Positions 1 to 7,802 of a DNA stretch of 64,000 nucleotides are shown here, one piece after another. Numbering within the stretch: position 1 is the first letter of the stretch; each line of letters begins with the position of its first letter. Source of the DNA: Candidatus Peregrinibacteria bacterium (GTDB taxonomy: Bacteria; Patescibacteriota; Gracilibacteria; UBA1369); NCBI GenBank assembly GCA_963708185.1, contig OY970195.1:1056001-1120000 (forward strand), in the 5' to 3' direction. The position numbers and the translations under genes were made by a program. The notes beneath the pieces are model-generated. The model searched no databases and was not told where the DNA came from. It was given only the letters and a program-made list of their open reading frames with translations.

Positions 1-1084
1 GGAGCATGATCGCCGAAAGGTTGACCATGGCATAGGCGAAGAGCGAACCGAAATTCGTAACAGTGGCGATCTGTTTGAGGCTCCCGAAAAATGGCAGCAC
101 CGCAGCCACGAAGCCTGTGATCAATACGGCCGCGTAGGGCGTTTTGAACTTCTTGTGAATTCTATTGAAGATCTGCGGGAGGGAGTTGTTCCTTGCCATG
201 GCGAACGATACGCGTGAGACGCCGATGAGGGTCGTGAGCAAAACGCTCATTGTCGCGATGATGGCGGCGAAGCTGACGAGAACTTTGAGCCAGGAGATTT
301 TAATGCCGTAATCGACGGCATCGGCGATCGGTGAGGCCGAAGCCGCCATCTGCTGATAAGGGATGAGCCCCACGGTGACGATTCCCACCAGAACGTAAAT
401 AACGGCGGAGAGGAGCAGTGCCAGGATGATGGAGTTCGGCACGGTCTTTTTGGGATCCTTAATCTCTTCCGCCGCGGACGAAGGTCTCCCGAATCCTATG
501 AAAGCGAAAAAGATCAGCGCAGCCCCGTTCAACACTCCGTTGATTCCCAGCGGCATGAACGGATGGTACAGCGAAAAATCCAGGTGCGAAAACCCGATGA
601 CGATAAACAGGGTGAGAGCGATGATTTTCAACACCACCAGAATACCGTTAAAAACGCTCGACATTTTTATTCCGACCAGATTGATCAACGTCAACAACAC
701 CACCGCGAAGACCGCCACGTACACCGATGAAAATTGCGGGTAAAGAGCGGTCACGTAACTTCCCAGCCCCAGGCTCACAGCGGCAGCCGCCACCATGTTC
801 TCAAAAATCCAGATCCATCCGGTGATAAAACCCGAGAATGGTGAAATCGTCTTTTCAGCGTAGACGTAAAGGCTTCCTTCCTGCGAATATTTCTGGCTGA
901 GCCGGACGTAACTGTAGGCCGTCAAAGCGGAGATCGCTCCCGCAATGAGAATGGAAAGGATGACGGCCGGCCCCGCCAATCCCGTTGCCACGCCGGAGAT
1001 GACGAATATTCCGGCTCCGATGATCGCCCCGATCGCCAGCGCGGTGGCATCAAAAAAATTGAGTGATCGTTTAAGTCTCAGCAT
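1..1084 (-). CDS. APC-family amino acid permease (3' end runs off the window)
   Basis: Read manually on the minus strand from ATG at 1084: MLRLKRSLNFFDATALAIGAIIGAGIFVISGVATGLAGPA..., followed by GSLYVY, AEEIKDPKKTVP and HKKFKTPY motifs typical of APC permeases. Not in the ORF track because it has no stop in the window. Confidence 0.9.
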   Translation of the reverse strand, partial: MLRLKRSLNFFDATALAIGAIIGAGIFVISGVATGLAGPAVILSILIAGAISALTAYSYVRLSQKYSQEGSLYVYAEKTISPFSGFITGWIWIFENMVAAAAVSLGLGSYVTALYPQFSSVYVAVFAVVLLTLINLVGIKMSSVFNGILVVLKIIALTLFIVIGFSHLDFSLYHPFMPLGINGVLNGAALIFFAFIGFGRPSSAAEEIKDPKKTVPNSIILALLLSAVIYVLVGIVTVGLIPYQQMAASASPIADAVDYGIKISWLKVLVSFAAIIATMSVLLTTLIGVSRVSFAMARNNSLPQIFNRIHKKFKTPYAAVLITGFVAAVLPFFGSLKQIATVTNFGSLFAYAMVNLSAIML

Positions 1085-1190
1085 AAAGAAAATTATAACC
1101 ACAGAATATCAGTGTCGGGGAAAGATGTGAAGAAGTCGCCGGGAAACTTATTTGGCCGTAGCGGTTTTTTTTGATATCTTCAAATGGATT

Positions 1191-3104
1191 ATGGATTACA
1201 AGAAAATTACCGACTACAGCATCATTGGAGACCTTCTTACCTGCGCACTCGTAGGAAAGGACGGTTCGATTGACTGGTACTGTCTTCCCCACATGGATTC
1301 TCCGAGTGTTTTTGCGGCCATCCTGGATAAAGACAACGGCGGTAACTTTTCCATCGCGCCGGCCGGGAAGTTTTCGTCGAAACAGCAATATGTGAAGAAC
1401 ACCAACGTTCTCCAGACCCATTTCAAATGTAGGGGCGGCTACGTTACCGTCACCGATTTCATGCCGGTCAAACATATGGGAAGACTTTATGAAAGCTCTT
1501 TTCCCACCCTGATCCGGCAGATCAAATGTACGAAGGGAAAAGTGAATATCGATCTGGATTTCCGTCCGCGTTTTAATTACGGACGCGATGAAACCAGATT
1601 TGAACAGGAAGAAGACGTCAGCTGCGCGATGAACAGCAACGGGACGCTCACCATCCAGACGAAAATTCCTTTGACGGTTGAGGGTGATGCCCTGCGGGGT
1701 TCGTACAAACTCAAGCAGCATGAGACGGTCTGGGTGACACTTCAGTACAACGATGACCGCAGACTGAGCAATGAACACTGCCAGAACTCACTGGAAACGA
1801 CAATCGCTTTCTGGCGGAGCTGGGTGAACGATTCCGATGTTTTCCAGGATACGGGACTTTTCAAAAGTCCGTGGAAAGAGATGATCATCCGTTCGGGGCT
1901 GGTGCTGAAACTTTTGATCCAGGATCTGACCGGAGCCGTGTGTGCCGCCGCCACCACCTCCCTGCCCGAAGAGATCGGAGGGGTGCGTAACTGGGATTAC
2001 CGTTTCAACTGGATCCGCGATGCGTCGTTCACGGTCCGTGCCTTGTACAAACTCGGGTACATCCAGGAAGCAAAGAAAAACCTGGAGTGGTTCATGGGCA
2101 TCGCGGCGCAGCATAAGCGTCCCCACCAAATCCAGGTGATGTACGGATTGGGAGGCGAAAGCGACCTGAAAGAAGAGGTTCTGGACAATCTTTCAGGTTA
2201 CAAAGATTCAAAACCCGTCCGCATCGGCAACGGCGCCGTAAAGCAAAAACAACACGATATTTACGGAGAATTGATTAACGCTTTTTATGAAACCCGACGT
2301 TTCGGTATCGATATTTCAGAGAACGAATGGGAGCTGATCTGCAGGACCGTCCAGCACGTTTGCCGAATCTGGCGCGGTCGCGACGCCGGCATCTGGGAAG
2401 TCCGCGGGAAGGACCAGCATTTCGTCCATTCCAAGCTGATGTGCTGGGTTGCACTCGACCGCGCCATCAGGATCGCAAAAAAAATGCACAAGGATGTTCC
2501 GTCTTCATGGCTGGAAACAAGAAAAAAAATCCGCAAGGAAATCCTGGCCAAAGGGTTCAACAAAAAGCTCAACAGTTTTGTTCAGGCTTTTGGATCCGAC
2601 ACGCTCGATGCTTCGGCACTGCTTATCCCCATCGTCAGGTTTCTTCCGTATGACGATCCGCGCGTTCAGTCAACCGTCAACGCCATCCTGAAAAAACTGA
2701 CGACCAAAAGCGGTCTGGTGTACCGCTACGATACGAAAAAAACCGACGACGGGCTTCCCGGAAACGAAGGTGCTTTTTTGATCTGTTCCTTCTGGCTCAT
2801 CGACGTGCTGGCGTATTCCGGAAGAACCGAGGAAGCCAAGCATCTTTTGCTCAATATTCTTGAATACGCCAGTCCGACCGGGCTTTTTTCCGAAGAGGTC
2901 GATCCACGAACCGGGGAAGCCCTGGGCAACTATCCCCAGGCCTACAGCCACATCGGGATGATCAACAGTATCCTGTTCGTTGAAAAAGCGCGTAAGAAAA
3001 AGATGAAGATGCCGCCTTCCGTACAGGCAAAAAAGATCGCCATCAAGCTGAAAAACATGCTCAGGGAAAAACGGGCGGCCCGCAAGCGAAGGGAAAGAGA
3101 TTGA
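1191..3104 (+). CDS. Glycoside hydrolase family 15 (glucoamylase/trehalase-like)
   Basis: Motifs AAATTSLPEEIGGVRNWDYRFNWIRDA, DAGIWEVRG, GLFSEE and GNYPQAYSH. Start placed at MDYKK. Confidence 0.93.
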   Translation: MDYKKITDYSIIGDLLTCALVGKDGSIDWYCLPHMDSPSVFAAILDKDNGGNFSIAPAGKFSSKQQYVKNTNVLQTHFKCRGGYVTVTDFMPVKHMGRLYESSFPTLIRQIKCTKGKVNIDLDFRPRFNYGRDETRFEQEEDVSCAMNSNGTLTIQTKIPLTVEGDALRGSYKLKQHETVWVTLQYNDDRRLSNEHCQNSLETTIAFWRSWVNDSDVFQDTGLFKSPWKEMIIRSGLVLKLLIQDLTGAVCAAATTSLPEEIGGVRNWDYRFNWIRDASFTVRALYKLGYIQEAKKNLEWFMGIAAQHKRPHQIQVMYGLGGESDLKEEVLDNLSGYKDSKPVRIGNGAVKQKQHDIYGELINAFYETRRFGIDISENEWELICRTVQHVCRIWRGRDAGIWEVRGKDQHFVHSKLMCWVALDRAIRIAKKMHKDVPSSWLETRKKIRKEILAKGFNKKLNSFVQAFGSDTLDASALLIPIVRFLPYDDPRVQSTVNAILKKLTTKSGLVYRYDTKKTDDGLPGNEGAFLICSFWLIDVLAYSGRTEEAKHLLLNILEYASPTGLFSEEVDPRTGEALGNYPQAYSHIGMINSILFVEKARKKKMKMPPSVQAKKIAIKLKNMLREKRAARKRRERD

Positions 3105-3173
3105 TTTCTGCGCCATTGCGAGGTGAAAAAATTTCGGATAGGATGCAGGGGAATCATTTTTTAATTTCATCCT

Positions 3174-4202
3174 ATGGATACGCAAAAGCTCAACGGGGTT
3201 GCCAAGGCCATGGTGGCGAAGGGCAAAGGTATTTTGGCTATTGATGAGAGTTCGGGGACGTGTAAAAAACGTTTCGATGCCGCCGGCGTGGAATGCACCG
3301 AAGAAAACCGCCGAAAATACCGCCAGCTTCTCGTGAGCGCGCCGGGGATTGAAGAGTATATTTCGGGAATGATTCTCTACGATGAAACGCTGCGACAGAA
3401 GGACGATGCCGGTGTTCCATTTCCGCAAGTTTTAAAGAAAAAAGGTATTCTTCCGGGCATCAAGGTTGATATGGGAGCCAAGCCGCTCGCCCTCCACGAA
3501 GGCGAAATGGTGACGGAAGGGCTGGACGGTCTTCGTGAACGTCTCGCAGAATACGCGCAACTTGGCGCGGAGTTCGCCAAATGGCGCGCCGTTATCACGA
3601 TCGGCCCGAACATGCCTTCCCAGGCCTGCATCATGGCCAACGCCCACGCCCTTGCGCGCTATGCCGCCCTGGTCCAGGAAGCCGGCCTCGTTCCCATGGT
3701 TGAACCGGAAATCCTCATGGACGGGAACCATACGATTGAACAATGCTACGACGTCACGGCAAAAACTCTCCAGATGCTCTTTTCCCAGCTCGCCGAGCAG
3801 GGCGTGACTCCGGAAGGAACGATTTTAAAGGTGAGCATGGTGCTTTCGGGGAAGGACAGTTCTCCACAAGCCGGCCCCGACGACGTGGCGGCACAGACGG
3901 TGAAATGTTTGAAAGAAAACGTTCCGGCCAACCTTGCCGGTGTGGTGTTTTTAAGCGGAGGACAGAGCGATGAAAACTCCACGATCCACCTGGACAAGAT
4001 GAACAAGCTCGGCGGCCTGCCCTGGCCTTTGAGCTTTTCTTACGGCCGCGGCATTCAGGCTCCGGCGCTCAAAATCTGGGCGGCCAACATGGCGGATGTC
4101 GAAAAAGCGCAGGCCGCGCTCGTGTTCCGCGCAAAGATGAACGGTCTGGCGTCGACCGGTCAGTATTCCGCCGATCTGGAAAAGGATAAACCTTACGCGT
4201 AA
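3174..4202 (+). CDS. fba: Fructose-bisphosphate aldolase, class I
   Basis: GKGILAIDES, GIKVDMG, AKWRAV, VPMVEPE, FLSGGQS and FSYGR motifs. Confidence 0.95.
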   Translation: MDTQKLNGVAKAMVAKGKGILAIDESSGTCKKRFDAAGVECTEENRRKYRQLLVSAPGIEEYISGMILYDETLRQKDDAGVPFPQVLKKKGILPGIKVDMGAKPLALHEGEMVTEGLDGLRERLAEYAQLGAEFAKWRAVITIGPNMPSQACIMANAHALARYAALVQEAGLVPMVEPEILMDGNHTIEQCYDVTAKTLQMLFSQLAEQGVTPEGTILKVSMVLSGKDSSPQAGPDDVAAQTVKCLKENVPANLAGVVFLSGGQSDENSTIHLDKMNKLGGLPWPLSFSYGRGIQAPALKIWAANMADVEKAQAALVFRAKMNGLASTGQYSADLEKDKPYA

Positions 4203-4672
4203 TGCACAAAGCTTACTATCAAACGCCTCTCGGCTATGCCGAAATTACCGCTTCCGACCAAGCTGTTTTTGGCGTGCGGCTGGTTGACGGGCTTCCGAAA
4301 AAAACTGAAAAAACATCCGGAGCAGCAAGCGCCGTCCTCAAGCAATGCATCAGTGAACTCGACGAGTATTTTTCTGGTGGCCGGAAAAAGTTTACTGTCA
4401 AACTTGAACGGAACGGCACCGATTTTCAGAAAAAAGTCTGGCGCGCACTTGAAAAAATTTCGTATGGTGGAACGGCTTCGTACGCTGATATCGCCGAAGC
4501 GGTTGGTAGTCCCAAGGCCGTGCGCGCCGTCGGCCTGGCCAACAGTAAAAATCCCCATTGGGTGATCGTTCCTTGTCACCGGGTGATCGGAAAAAACAAG
4601 AAACTCGTGGGATATGCCGGGGGTCTTGTGCGAAAAAAGTGGCTCCTTGACCATGAAAAATCGCTGTCATAA
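4202..4672 (+). CDS. ogt: Methylated-DNA-[protein]-cysteine S-methyltransferase
   Basis: GTDFQKKVW, RAVGLANSKNP and the VPCHRV active site. Coupled to fba by TAATG. Confidence 0.93.
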   Translation: MHKAYYQTPLGYAEITASDQAVFGVRLVDGLPKKTEKTSGAASAVLKQCISELDEYFSGGRKKFTVKLERNGTDFQKKVWRALEKISYGGTASYADIAEAVGSPKAVRAVGLANSKNPHWVIVPCHRVIGKNKKLVGYAGGLVRKKWLLDHEKSLS

Positions 4673-4740
4673 ATCAAAAAGTCATTGCGTTATTTTTACA
4701 AGCGGGCAATAATAGCGGAAAGTCCGTTCATTTTTTGCTT

Positions 4741-5348
4741 ATGAAAAAAACTTTTGCGATCATCGGTTTTATGGCTTTGAGCACGGTTTTTCTTGCCGGA
4801 TGCCAGCAGGCTGTTCCCCAAAACAACCAACAAAATTCACCCAACCAGACGCCGTCGCAATCGGCTTCCCTCAACTTCGCCGACGCAGGAAAGGTTTATG
4901 ATCCCTGCGAACTTCTGACCGAGCAGGATGTGAAAGCAGTTTTCCCCGATGGAACGATTAAAGTAACGAAGCACGATACCGAAGCCAATACCGTCGGTCA
5001 AAAAATCTGTTACTATTCGGCGTCGGACAGCGATGTGAAATTTGCCCAACTTTCGGTCATGAGTACGGCTGCGCTTTCGGATGCCATGCGCGCAAACGGG
5101 CAGAACGCCGAAGCGATGTATACGAATGAAAAATCTTTTATTGATAACATTACTCCGGTTCCCGGGATCGGTGATGACGCTTACTATGGCGGAAGCGGGC
5201 TCGCTCTTGGGAGCGGATTGCATGTTCTGGATAAGGCGAAACAGACGAAATTCACCGTTATGGTGGGGTCGGAACCGGAAATAGTGATCAACAACAACAC
5301 CTGGACATTGAAAAATCCATCTCCCAGAAAATTCTCAGCCGACTGTAA
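4741..5348 (+). CDS. Lipoprotein (DUF3558-like), interrupted by an apparent 1-nt frameshift near 5265
   Basis: Lipobox FLAGC, DPCELLT and VPGIGDDAY motifs. Adding one base at GGGG 5265-5268 gives a natural C-terminus ...GTGNSDQQQHLDIEKSISQKILSRL* ending at 5348. Confidence 0.7.
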
Positions 5349-5373
5349 TTTTATCTTTTTACTTTTCTCCTCA

Positions 5374-5799
5374 ATGGACAAATCGCATCCCAAAAAAGAT
5401 ATGAAGAAAATGGACGACTCTTACTGGCGCGAAAAACTTTCCGACGAACAGTTTACGGTTTGCCGACTCAAAGGCACCGAGGCTCCGTTCAGCGGCGATC
5501 TGTATGACAATCACGCCAAAGGGAAATATGTTTGCGTTGCCTGCGGCTCCGACCTTTTTTCATCGGGTGAAAAGTTCGATTCCGGAACTGGATGGCCGAG
5601 TTTTTCCGAAGCCGCCAACAAGGAAAATGTGGGCTTTCAGGAGGATAGCAGCCACGGCATGCACCGTACCGAAGTCGTCTGCAACGTGTGCGGGTCTCAT
5701 CTGGGACATATTTTTGACGACGGGCCGACCCCAACCGGAAAGCGCTACTGCATCAACTCCGTGGCCTTGAAGTTCGTACCGGACAAAGAGAAAAAATAG
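5374..5799 (+). CDS. msrB: Peptide-methionine (R)-S-oxide reductase
   Basis: GTEAPF, CVAC, KFDSGTGWPSF, CNVCGSHLGHIFDDGP and RYCINS motifs. The start could instead be 5401. Confidence 0.93.
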   Translation: MDKSHPKKDMKKMDDSYWREKLSDEQFTVCRLKGTEAPFSGDLYDNHAKGKYVCVACGSDLFSSGEKFDSGTGWPSFSEAANKENVGFQEDSSHGMHRTEVVCNVCGSHLGHIFDDGPTPTGKRYCINSVALKFVPDKEKK

Positions 5800-5809
5800 C
5801 AGGGAAAGC

Positions 5810-6379
5810 CTAGGAGCGGCCTTTCACAAATTGAAGGGTCGTTTCGGCGATGCGTTTACCGTAATATTTTGCGCTCTGTGCCTCACCTTCCATGAGCGGA
5901 TGCTCCTGGTCGCGTGTGGATTGCGCACCAGAACCTGCCCAAATACCGTCTTTATTCAAAGGTTTATCTTCAAATTCGGGCAATTTGGTATTGGGTAACA
6001 GGTCAGTGCCGACCCAAATCATGCCGTGCTGCATGGCGAAGAGATAGATGTTCTGCAGGGTGCTGAGTTTGTCTCCGCTCGTGTTGCTGCCGGAGGTAAA
6101 TCCTCCCGAAATCTTGTTGGTCCATTTTTTCAACCTCCAGAACTGCGAGGTCGTTTCAAAAAACTTTTTCATTCCGGCTGAAAGCGTCCCCATGTAGGTC
6201 GGGGAGCCGAACACTACGGCATCCATGGCATGGAGTTCTTCCAATCTTTTCGCGGCTTCTTCGACGTCCATAAGGAAAACTTCGGTTTCTGGAACCATGC
6301 GAGCTCCTGCAACGACGTTTCCCGCCAGGAGTTTGGTGTGGCCGTACTGACTGTGATAGACGACTGCGATTTTCTGCAT
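5810..6379 (-). CDS. Flavodoxin-fold NAD(P)H:quinone oxidoreductase (WrbA family)
   Basis: YHSQYGHT, FGSPTYMG, SGDKLSTL and QHGMIWVG motifs. Confidence 0.88.
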   Translation of the reverse strand: MQKIAVVYHSQYGHTKLLAGNVVAGARMVPETEVFLMDVEEAAKRLEELHAMDAVVFGSPTYMGTLSAGMKKFFETTSQFWRLKKWTNKISGGFTSGSNTSGDKLSTLQNIYLFAMQHGMIWVGTDLLPNTKLPEFEDKPLNKDGIWAGSGAQSTRDQEHPLMEGEAQSAKYYGKRIAETTLQFVKGRS

Positions 6380-6490
6380 AGTTTTATACTGTTTATTAAA
6401 TAGGAACTTTTATTTTATTCATAAAAGATAATATTGCAAGTACGTACTTTTTTGATCTATACTATCCTTAAGTAAACTAATTATGAACTT

Positions 6491-6811
6491 ATGCCTCAAA
6501 AGAAGAATCAACTTTGTCCGGTAGAAATCACCCTCCGCGTTATAGGAGGGAAATGGAAACCCGTTATTCTGTTTTATCTGAGTGAAGGGACCTTGCGTTT
6601 TAACGAACTCAGCAAAAAGCTTCAGAACGTCACCCAGAAAATGCTGACGAAGCAACTGAGAGAAATGGAGACGGACGGTCTGGTGAAACGCAAAGTTTAT
6701 CCGGAAATTCCCCCGAAAGTGGAATATTCCATCACTCCATACGGAAAAACACTCAAGCCAATCCTTTCTTCGATGTGTAAGTGGGGCGCCGAGCATAAGA
6801 AAAGGGAGTGA
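6491..6811 (+). CDS. HxlR-family transcriptional regulator
   Basis: CPVEITLRVIGGKWK...LRFNEL...QKMLTKQLREME...PPKVEYSIT. Divergent from the WrbA-like gene. Confidence 0.92.
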   Translation: MPQKKNQLCPVEITLRVIGGKWKPVILFYLSEGTLRFNELSKKLQNVTQKMLTKQLREMETDGLVKRKVYPEIPPKVEYSITPYGKTLKPILSSMCKWGAEHKKRE

Positions 6812-6905
6812 CCTTTGCAAGTAAGCCCGTTTGTCCGTTGATTTTTTGGGCGTGACCGTTTATGATCTTTTGGCAAGCCGAGCGCGCAGCGCTTAAAGCC
6901 GGTAC

Positions 6906-7002
<97 letters not shown>

Positions 7003-7012
7003 AGAAAAAATC

Positions 7013-7597
7013 ATGATTACGAATGTTTACAGTAACATTATCATCGGGGCCTGTTGGATGGTTTTTTTGCTGTACTGGTTCATCTCCAGCTTTTTCGTCA
7101 AAGAATCCATGACGAAAAAAAAATGGCCCCTGAGGATTGCCGCCGCCGTTATTATCGCCTTCATTATTATCATCAGCAAAAACATTGGGACGGGATCGGT
7201 CCGGTATTTTTTCACTCAAACATTCATTCCAAGTTCTTTGACCATGGGAATTATCGGCCCGGTTTTAACTGTTTTGGGGCTTTGCGGAGCCATATGGGCA
7301 CGAACGGTTCTGGGAAGAAACTGGAGCGGCTATGTTACGTATAAAAAAGATCATGAACTTGTGACAAGCGGGCCATACAAGTTGGTAAGGCACCCCATTT
7401 ATTCGAGTCTTACCCTTATGTTCATCGGGACTTTTCTGGTGTTCCCGACCTTCTGGGCTCTTTTTTTATTCCTCTTTGATATCGGCATGTTCATCTGGAG
7501 GACAAAAAAAGAGGAAGCGATCATGCTGCGGCTTTTCGGGAAAAAGTACGAAGATTACATGAAGAGAACGAAAAGGCTGGTGCCGTTTATCTGGTAA
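7013..7597 (+). CDS. Isoprenylcysteine carboxyl methyltransferase (ICMT/Ste14)-family membrane protein
   Basis: Multiple TM segments; LGRNWS, HELVTSGPYKLVRHPIYS and EEAIM...FG..Y..Y..RTKRLVP motifs. Confidence 0.88.
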   Translation: MITNVYSNIIIGACWMVFLLYWFISSFFVKESMTKKKWPLRIAAAVIIAFIIIISKNIGTGSVRYFFTQTFIPSSLTMGIIGPVLTVLGLCGAIWARTVLGRNWSGYVTYKKDHELVTSGPYKLVRHPIYSSLTLMFIGTFLVFPTFWALFLFLFDIGMFIWRTKKEEAIMLRLFGKKYEDYMKRTKRLVPFIW

Positions 7598-7713
7598 GGA
7601 TTTCCGACGAAACGTTCAAGGCGTGCTTGCGATTGATATTTGCTTTTTAGGAAAGTACCCATTATCATTTTGTGGTTAAAAAGGGCGACAATTCGCTGGT
7701 TTGCCTTTCATGA

Positions 7714-7789
7714 GGCGGCGTAGTCAAGTGGTTAAGACAGCGGTTTGCAAAACCGCGACTCATCGGTTCGAATCCGATCGCCGCCTCCA
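7714..7789 (+). tRNA. tRNA-Cys(GCA)
   Basis: GGCGGCG...CGCCGCC TCCA acceptor, anticodon arm GCGGT-TT-GCA-AA-ACCGC, GGTTCGAATCC. Confidence 0.95.
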
Positions 7790-7802
7790 GTTTGATAGCA
7801 GA

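Noticed and set aside
4735-5799. Apparent 354-aa lipoprotein-MsrB fusion
   Set aside because: The junction peptide looks non-coding, and adding one base at 5265-5268 gives the lipoprotein its own natural C-terminus and stop at 5348. Probably a frameshift artefact.
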